Source: Chrysomallon squamiferum (taxonomy: Eukaryota > Animalia > Mollusca). From it: a stretch of 64,000 nt of DNA. The position numbers were made by a program, and so were the translations under genes. The stretch lies in NCBI GenBank assembly GCA_012295275.1, contig CM022676.1, positions 7,006,001-7,070,000 of the forward strand, in the 5' to 3' direction. The stretch's first letter is position 1; every line of letters begins with the position of its first letter. Shown here one piece after another: positions 54,914-64,000 of this stretch. The notes under the pieces were generated by a model that made no database searches, was not told the DNA's origin, and saw only the letters and a program-made list of their open reading frames with translations.

Positions 54914-57900
54914 CTTTAATACAAAACAGTTTTTAACCACACTTCAGCATACTTATTATATATATCCACCCCAAATGATATGCCGGACTGGACTGTTCCA
55001 GTATGAAGAAAACTGGAGTGGATAGTTCCTAATAAAGGGGAGAAGACTTTTAAGCAGAACATTGTTTCATATTCAAATGTATATTTGGTTGAAGAGGAGT
55101 AGGTCCCAAGTTTATTCAATTTAAAAGTTGAAGCAGTTTGTTTTATTAGGGTATAAAAGAAAAAAAATGTAATAATGCAAAAAATACGTATTTATATATG
55201 CACTGTGTATAAATGTTTTTGAACAGTTATGAAAAATTTTTTCCCATTGTAAATGGACTCATTGTAAGCACACTCATTTCAGCATTTAAAACAGTAAGAA
55301 ACTATACATGCATGCACATACCCTTGTTCATCTTTTTACACTTTGTTTTTATTTGTAGTTTTTTAAATTTCATTTTTTTATACCAGAATAAAAAACTGCC
55401 TGAGATGCTTTTGTTTATTACAAGGTTATATTGATATTTGAAAAACAATAAATTATGATAAACCACAATGTTGTTACTGTTTTGTAATTATCATAAAAAT
55501 AATATCGTACAATAATATAGTAATCAGTAATATTCTAGTATGTTACAGATAAAACAGATACAAAATTAATACATTCCCAAAGTTGGTTTCTGGAAACTAG
55601 ATAATGGGTATTGTACCTGTTCTGTGTATATAAAGATTTTATTTAAAAAATATAAAATATAAATCTTTATTCCGATAGAAACGATACATTCATTTTACAC
55701 AAAAATATTTTTGTTTTGTTTTTCAATTTATTTTTTTTATATTTGTATTTATTGTGGTTGACTTGTGTTAAGAATTTTAATGCTTCAATAAAAATTAAAA
55801 TTCAGGTGTTTCTAACTTTAAAAGAAAAAAAAATGTACAAACCATACTCTGAAACAACAGACAGGTGGAACTGGAAAAATCCTACAAAACAAATGCCAAG
55901 AAGACGAATTTTTGTAGAAAAATGGAACAAATGATTCTGTAATGGGATTTATAGACAAACAAATTACTGAACAAACACTAACAATTAGTTAGTTTACACA
56001 AACCAACACATAAACAACAAACACTGACATTTTAAATAGTTTATTTTCAAACAAATCAAAACAAAGTTATCCAATACACTGAAATTTTATAATACACAAT
56101 TATCCAAACTCTGTACAGAAGTTTTATTATATTATTTGTAAGTTATTTTTCTACAATTTCAAATATTAGAGAAAAAGAAAAAAAACCAACGTTTTATATG
56201 TATTATAACAAGTGTTTTCTTTGTTAATATTCCATAATAATATAACAATGAAATATATTCTATTTTACATTATCTACAACAAAATATTTAGATATCTGTT
56301 CAAGACAAATTTCAATTAAATAAAGGGGGGAAAAAAAGAAAAGTTTTAAAGCAAATTATAAGATTAAGCTGAAAACTAACAATGCAAGATCATGAAATAT
56401 TTTACTTTCATCATATCTGGAAATAAATAAATTGCATGCAATAAAAAAAAATGTGACAAGCATTTTGCTTTATTATAATATTTAAGTAATAAATTAGTTT
56501 TATTCTAATAGAATAAAACATGAATATTCACAAACAACTGATATTTAGTTATTGTTTTATATAATATTTAATAATTTGATTAACAGTTTATTTTATATCT
56601 ATTTGTTAGTAACATTGTAGATTTTTGTTTTGTTGCTGTTTATTGTTCTGTTAGTTTTAAAGAATTCTAATTATTAATTTTTTTAAATTATTATCTTAGT
56701 AATATTATACAGTAATATTAAAGAACACCCTGACACCATCAAACTTAAAACATTGTTACTTAACTATTTTGTATTAACTGCAAACCTATTGTTTTACATT
56801 TATTTATTTATTTATTTACTTGTTTATTTACTTTATTTATTTATTTATTTAATGCTGGTACACATTTAGTGCTACTGTTTATAGAAATATTTTAAAAATA
56901 ATAATAATAAAATAAAATAAAAAGAAGAATATTTGGGCATATTTAATCAAAATGGTATCAGGAAGCTTTCAGTAAGATCCTAAAATTATGTTAATGTCTT
57001 TTTGATTGTCCATTCCTGCATATTAAATCCAAACTTATCAGTGAAATTGTTAATTTTTTTTCTTCTTTTTTTTTTTTTTTTATATTTAAGTAGATAGCAC
57101 ATACAATTTAGATTTTAATTAGTTGATTTCTTATGGGTTTATGTGGCAAATATTTTAAATTGAAAAATTCCTCGAAGTTGTGCTGTTTATGCCAAAACCA
57201 GTTGTTAATGTCTTTTATATTACAATGGGCAAATAATACCAAGAGATAAACATTTAAAAACAAAAAAAAAAAAAAAAAAAAAAAATTGGGTTGGGATTTA
57301 TAAAAATATTCTAAACATATTTATCTTTCTTAAATTCAATATTTAAAAAAAAAACACCCAAAAAACATTTAACATTTTAAAAAAATTAACAGGAAAAAAA
57401 GGAGATATATTCAAATAATCCATGGAAAGTTTTGCATAAGATACAACAAAATAATTGAAGAACAATCCTTATAACTAATTAAGTCATTAAGAGGTAATTA
57501 AAAATGATTTTCAAAAACTATTATTATCTTAATTAATTATTACCCGGTTATTTAGTCTCATCACCATGGTAACAAATCCTAGCAATTCATATATTCCAAA
57601 CATATACATATCAATAACAACATCTTTAACACAATACATATATTTCAAAATACATATAAATAGCTTGAAAAACAAAAACTCTGACCAAATATTGTAATAA
57701 AGCATATAATATTCAATCCTTTATGGAAATTTGCAGAACACTAATTAAGTCTATGTGTACATAAATTTTTAAAAATTCTTGAAAATATAATTATGTACAT
57801 CTGTATGACTGTATCAGTCAAGTCTATATTTATCTTTGTTACCCAGAATTTTTTTTTTTTTTTAATTTGAACAACTGAGAGATGTTAATGATTCATAAAT

Positions 57901-57926
57901 CAAATCATTTGTAACAAAAAAGTTCT

Positions 57927-57960
<34 letters not shown>

Positions 57961-57974
57961 TTAAAAATGTAAAA

Positions 57975-58027
<53 letters not shown>

Positions 58028-59884
58028 CAACAATAATAATAATATAAATAAGCAAATAAATAAATAAATAATCAGTACAAAAAAAAATAAGTCGTCCATT
58101 GTGAACTTAAGACCAACTACTACTCAAAATCAAAAAGAAATATTTGAAATTTCTACACTAAACACTAATGAGAGACCTCTGAATAGCTAAAATGTTGCTG
58201 TGAATGATAATGTATAATCTAACCATTACAAAAAAACAAACAAAAAAAATAATTAAAAAAAATATATATATATATATATATATATAAAATAAACAAAACA
58301 GGTTAAAAACTGATTCCTCAACTATCAAACTAATGTAGAAACTTTTGTTTTATGACATCATTATGCAACATTATCTACTCAAAACCTGAGTTTAGATTAA
58401 GCTTTATGTTACATTATGTTTTATTTTTTTTATTAAATATTTCTATAGTGACTTGAATGAAAAACCTTTATTTACATTTTTATTTACTTCCAACTTTGTT
58501 TTGTTTTCTAGTTTGAAAATATAGTTTGAAGTTTAGTAATGTTTTTGTATATTCTTCTATGTTTTTTGTATTCATTTATTTATTTAATTTACTAAAGCAG
58601 TATTAGTAGTCCTTCTTTCAAAGAATGTGTGGAACATTTTTATTTAAAAAAAAAAAAAAAACCATCTTCATGTTTATGTTAATGATTCTCTCTCTCTTTT
58701 CTATGATTTTCAATGTAATGTCTGTTATTTATATTTATTAAAATAATAATAATAATAAATCTCAAATGCTACTTCTGCTTATGTATGAATGAAATATGAA
58801 ATTTTTAAAATGTCCAATAATGCATGTTTTTATGGTCTTCGATATTTTCATTAAGAATATTAAAAGTTTTATATTTATTATTATTATTTTATAATTTTCA
58901 GTATTATTAGTTCTTAAGATCCTCTATTTCAGAATGAATATTAATGAGTTGTAATGAATATTAATGACTTACAAACAACATATTAATGATCTAAGTATAG
59001 TTTAAGACTGATGAATGAAAATACCGGGTTACTGTTTTTTTATTTTATTTTATAAATGTATTTCTTAAACTGTTGATAAAATTCACACATCACAAAAATA
59101 GATGGCAACAAACAAACAAACTCAACCATTATTTAATAATGTTTTGAAATAATATTTCATGTCCAATAATATATTTTGCTATGGGCATTTCAGTTATTAC
59201 CTTGAAAGTTATACAATACATCAAGACAAAGGCATCCCCTTTGTGAAATGCAAAATCTTGCCCTTTATTAGAACAATGGTAATTGTGAACCCAACTGTTT
59301 AAGATTAAAAATTATTTAACATTAATTATATTAAATTTTTAATGATTTTATAATTCTTAATTTATATAAATATCAAAAATCAAATCAGTATATTATATAG
59401 AATAACATACTGTAGGACATATCATTTTAATAATATTACACAACATACAATATTATAAGTAACATCATAAAAATGGCATGCTTCATAAATCAGTTCAAAG
59501 GAAAAATCAACATTTTAAAATGTTGAAAAATATTTTTTGATGTATCTTCATGTTCGTGTATCGTTTAAAATAATTTAAAATATTTTATTATATCTATATA
59601 TTTTACAAAATATTTCATGTCTATATTCTTATTTGCATTATTGTTTAGTAATGTTATGGACTAGTTCACTGTATAGATAAAAAAAAAAAAAAAAAATAAT
59701 GAGTTGATATTTATATTTAAATAAATTCAACTGAAAATAATATTTATTTTTCACTTTAATGTCTCTTGATGTCAGTACAGGAAGGAAAGACAAACAAACA
59801 AATAAACCCGATGAAAACCAACTGTACAAATGTGAATAAATCATTTTATCGAAATAACCAATTTTCTTTAACAGAAGCCATCTT

Positions 59885-60325
59885 ACAAAGTGCCTAAATG
59901 TGCCTGTGCTTTACTGTGTGCCTATGTCTACTTTAAGATCACAAAATTTTTGCACTTTCTGATGTCAGACAATGAATTCACACAATGGCTGTTCTTAAGT
60001 TGAAATCATTTTATAAAGTGCCTTTTTATTGTGCCTGTGCCTTACTGTGTCTATTAATTTAATAAATTTAATTTAATAAACACTGAATTCACTGAATGAT
60101 TGTTGTTAAGTTGAAACCATTTTATAAAGTGCCTTAATCGTGCCTGTGTCTTTTTGTGTGTCCATGTGTTCATTTCAAGATCAAAAAACATTTTGTACTT
60201 TCCAATGTCAAACGGTGAGAGACTCCCTTTTAACACAAACATCATTTAAACTGCCTTAAGGTGCCAGGAATCCATGCCAGTGTATGTTCATTTACAAGCA
60301 CAACGTGATTTTGTGCTTTAAAATG
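59885..60325. repeat. Four-unit degenerate tandem repeat (about 110-128 bp) rich in GTGCCT
   Basis: Units start AAAGTGCCT..GTGCCTGTG at about 59887, 60015 and 60126; a more diverged unit AACTGCCTTAAGGTGCC starts at about 60249. Confidence 0.85.
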
Positions 60326-60542
60326 ATCAACAATAAACCGCAAAGTCTCGGAAAAATTTCAAAATGACAAATAGGAGATTTCTTCCACTTTTCTGTCTTT
60401 TACAATTTCATTCACTCATCCATTTTTATCTTGTCACCAATCAAAATAAAATATTACAGGAACAAATCACAGAAAATGTGGCAATTTAAAAAAACCCAAC
60501 AAAAAAACACATTGAAATTCTTTCTATTAAAATGACCTATGA

Positions 60543-60594
<52 letters not shown>

Positions 60595-60623
60595 TATACA
60601 TATATATATATATATATATACAC

Positions 60624-60654
<31 letters not shown>

Positions 60655-60738
60655 TATATATATCTAAATATATATATATATATATATAAATAAAATAAAT
60701 AAATAAAAAAAAAAAAAAAAATAAAATAAAATAAATAA

Positions 60739-60778
<40 letters not shown>

Positions 60779-61058
60779 AATATAAATAAAATAAAACAAA
60801 ATAAATAAATAAAAGAAAAAATTAGCACTATTTCTCTACATATTAAATGACAAGGTGCATAATAATGTAAATACTACACGTGTGATATCAAGCTTATGTA
60901 ACCAGTAACACAGAGAAAATAACAATAAAATAAAATGACATCTTTGCAGCCCAAGATACCATTATACGAAATTTGTGATGTGGTGTCTTAGTTTGCTAAG
61001 ATGGCACAGTTGGAAGATAAGTTAATAACTGAATAACATGCAGAATTATATAACAACA

Positions 61059-61108
<50 letters not shown>

Positions 61109-61312
61109 AAAACAAATAAATAAATAAATAAATAATAAAAATAATAATAATTAATAATAATAATATAATAACAATAATTTAATAATAACCATGATAATAG
61201 TAATAAGAATATTCATAATAATGATAAAGATAATGGTAACAGAAAATAAGTGAAAATTGATTTTAATTTGTAGAAGAATTTGCATAAATGTCCAATCATG
61301 AGGTCATAACAG

Positions 61313-61344
<32 letters not shown>

Positions 61345-62320
61345 TATTCAGCAAGAAATGTTTGTTTGCCAAACTGGACAATGTTTTTCCTTTCTTTATT
61401 ATTATCTTTAATATTCAGCATTTACATGTCTATTGTGTAAAATAATTTATCTGTAAATTAAGTGGGTTTGTTTTCTTCTTCTTTTCTTTCATAAATATCA
61501 TTTTTTTTTTTTTTAATTATGCAAAAATTATGACATAGTCATTTTTTTTTTTATTAAACATTTCTTAAGCAAATAGTTTAATAAAAATGTATTTTTGATA
61601 GGTTTTTGGGAATGACTATTTTTCAAAGTTTCCAATATTAACTGACTTATTTAAAAATGCTGCCAAGTTTAAGATACATATTTCAAAAAATTTGTTTTAA
61701 ACCCAAGTTAAAACCACATCTTCATTAAATTACATTTCAGATAAATAAAAAAAAAAAAAAAAAAAGAACATCATGGTGTCATTGTGAATAATAATAATAA
61801 TAATTTTGGAAAATAACTGCATTAACATATTAAATCAATTACTTTTGTTATTAAATATTTTAATTCTTTTTTATTACAAATGATTATTATTATTATTATT
61901 ATTAAAATGTGAACTTGATAATAAACACTTGAAATAATAAGACTAACATTGTAATAATCACACAAAAAATTGTGATTTTAGTAATAATAAAATCTGCTAA
62001 TAAAAGTCTGAAATTTTAATGAATAATAATACCAATAATAAACCCAATAATAATAAGAAGAACATCAATAATAATAATAAAATAATAATATTAATAATAA
62101 ATAATGATAATAAATAATAAAAATAATAATAATATACATTAATAATAATAACAAACATTTAATAACACCAATAATAAATAAACATTAATAATAATAATAA
62201 TAATTAATCATCATAATAAATTAATAATAACAATAACAACAAACGTATCTTTGACGCATTGATGCTAGCAGATGGCAAACAAACATTTCCGTACAGAGAG
62301 AGAGACATAGTTTGTCTCAC

Positions 62321-62366
<46 letters not shown>

Positions 62367-62396
62367 ACATACAGATGGACAGACAGAGTGCACTGA

Positions 62397-62501
62397 CTAG
62401 GACTGGTGGCACTGAAGCCTCTGTGGTTCCTCTGGTTCGCTGTCTGAATCGGAACTATCGTTCTCGCTAGAGCTTGAAACATCTTCTCCTTCCTGACGAA
62501 G
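62397..62501 (-). CDS. Putative distal terminal coding exon of an unidentified gene extending beyond the window (LRQEGEDVSSSSENDSSDSDSEPEEPQRLQCHQS*)
   Basis: Acceptor CTCTACTTATAG|, phase-0 reading to TAG, GC-rich island, and similarity to the exon at 63697-63596. Confidence 0.6.
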   Translation of the reverse strand, partial: LRQEGEDVSSSSENDSSDSDSEPEEPQRLQCHQS

Positions 62502-62567
62502 CTATAAGTAGAGTGGGTTTGGTTTTCATAATACAACACTTCCAGGATATTTTAGATTCATAATAAT

Positions 62568-62612
<45 letters not shown>

Positions 62613-63595
62613 CAACAACATCATATAAGATGGAAATAAAACACGTTAAATAAAAGATGATTTTTTTTTTTTTTTTACAAAATCAAAATCTTTGTCATTG
62701 ATGTGATGTTTGAAACAAAAGTAATAATGAACAATCTTACGTTGTCTTATTTTTAATTTTTTGAAATTTATAATTTTTTAATTTTTTCTATGTTTCAGAT
62801 GGGTTAGAATGAAAGCCAGTATCATTATCTTAATAAACAACAACTCAGAGAAAAAACAAACAAACAAACAAACAAACAAAATACCAATCGAATATACATT
62901 ACTACAGATCTCAAGCCAGACTTTTGAGAAAAATATTAAGCATTTGATTATCTTTATATTATATGAAATTTATTTTTAATCTGATTTGATGGTTCAGGGT
63001 CAATGTTAATTCCATTTTTTCTTTCTTTCTTATTTTTTATATTATTATAATTTTAATAAAAGTTATTTTCCAAACTCACAAGAAAATAAAACAAAATAAA
63101 AAAAAAAAAAAACAAATCTGAAGCACTCTAGTTCCTAGAACTAGAAAGTTTAACATGAAAAAATAAATAAATAAACAAAAAATTCAGATTTTTGACTTGT
63201 GATTTGTTTTTAACTGTAATGTTCAAGGTCAAGGTCACAAATTCTTTTAAAATCAGATCCATCTTTTTAATCAACAACATACAAAAATATTTAAAAAATC
63301 CAAAAAAAAATCACAGACAATGAATTTCCTAGATGATTGAAAACTAAGTAATTTATTTGTTTTAATTCCGAGGAATTCTTGAAAATTCAATTTCAAACAA
63401 TTCAAGATCACGTTCAACATTATTTTCTGGTAAAACAAAAAACGAAAAAAAAAAAACACATCAATGTACCACTTACAGAAATAACTATGTAAGAAACACA
63501 AGCAAAGTCAGTTCATAGAGTCTTAATAAAAAAATAAAAATAAAAGTTTAAAACTTTTTGGGCTGGGCTTTTTGCAATTGTTTTTTTTTTTTTTT

Positions 63596-63697
63596 TTACT
63601 CATTTTGATCTGGTTCAGGGTCAAGGTCGAGATCGCTCTCAGAATAAAAGCTATCACTTTCTGACGAGGACGAGATTTCTTCACCTTCCTCTCGCTG
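63596..63697 (-). CDS. Putative proximal terminal coding exon of the same unidentified gene (QREEGEEISSSSESDSFYSESDLDLDPEPDQNE*)
   Basis: Acceptor CTTTATTTACAG| (NAGNAG, CAG CAG), phase-0 reading to TAA, acidic/Ser-rich. Upstream exons are not in the window. Confidence 0.6.
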   Translation of the reverse strand, partial: QREEGEEISSSSESDSFYSESDLDLDPEPDQNE

Positions 63698-64000
63698 CTG
63701 TAAATAAAGATTGGGTTTCAGAGAGGTGAGAACAGAAAAGATCAGAACAGGGGTGTGCAAACTGACAGGGAGAAACCATTTGCTTTCACTGTGGGGTTTT
63801 AGCAGAGACGAAAAAATGCTTGTTATTTTGATAATGTTAACTAGTGTCACGGTTTTCTGAGAAGTGATGTGTGTCTGCTGTTGTGATAATGTGGAGATGT
63901 TGATTTCTATGAAGTGATGAAATTAAATATTAAATTCTCAGAATGTAAATCAAATTATTAAAATACATTTTAAACTGTTACTTTCAAAACATTAAATGGT

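Noticed and set aside
57559-57573. Near-perfect RFX X-box (ATCACCATGGTAAC)
   Set aside because: It lies in a presumed 3' UTR or intergenic tract about 7 kb from the nearest ciliary gene start; a single motif match is not enough.

Overview
AT-rich, microsatellite-dense eukaryotic DNA with short spliceosomal introns. It is most likely a mollusc (gastropod); this is inferred from a SINE-like repeat and the gene content and is not proven. I assembled exons by eye on both strands and checked phase at every junction. Genes found: IFT46 (+, 5' end possibly outside the window); a secreted apextrin-type MACPF+ApeC gene (-) head-to-head with UFC1 (+); a CNPase-like P-loop kinase/2H-phosphodiesterase (+); RBBP5 (+, 16 coding exons, one GC-AG intron); a two-exon orphan ORF (-); Flattop/CFAP126 (-) head-to-head with TMEM147 (+); and two mutually similar acidic last exons plus a probable long 3' UTR of an unidentified gene entering from the right (-). 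The main unexplained theme is local duplication anchored on exons. At least seven introns carry degenerate copies of their own splice junction, two terminal exons are tandem paralogues, and the orphan gene looks built from a copy of the Flattop C-terminal exon, sharing VxWP motifs. Most ORFs in the supplied track are microsatellite artefacts. No database searches were run.
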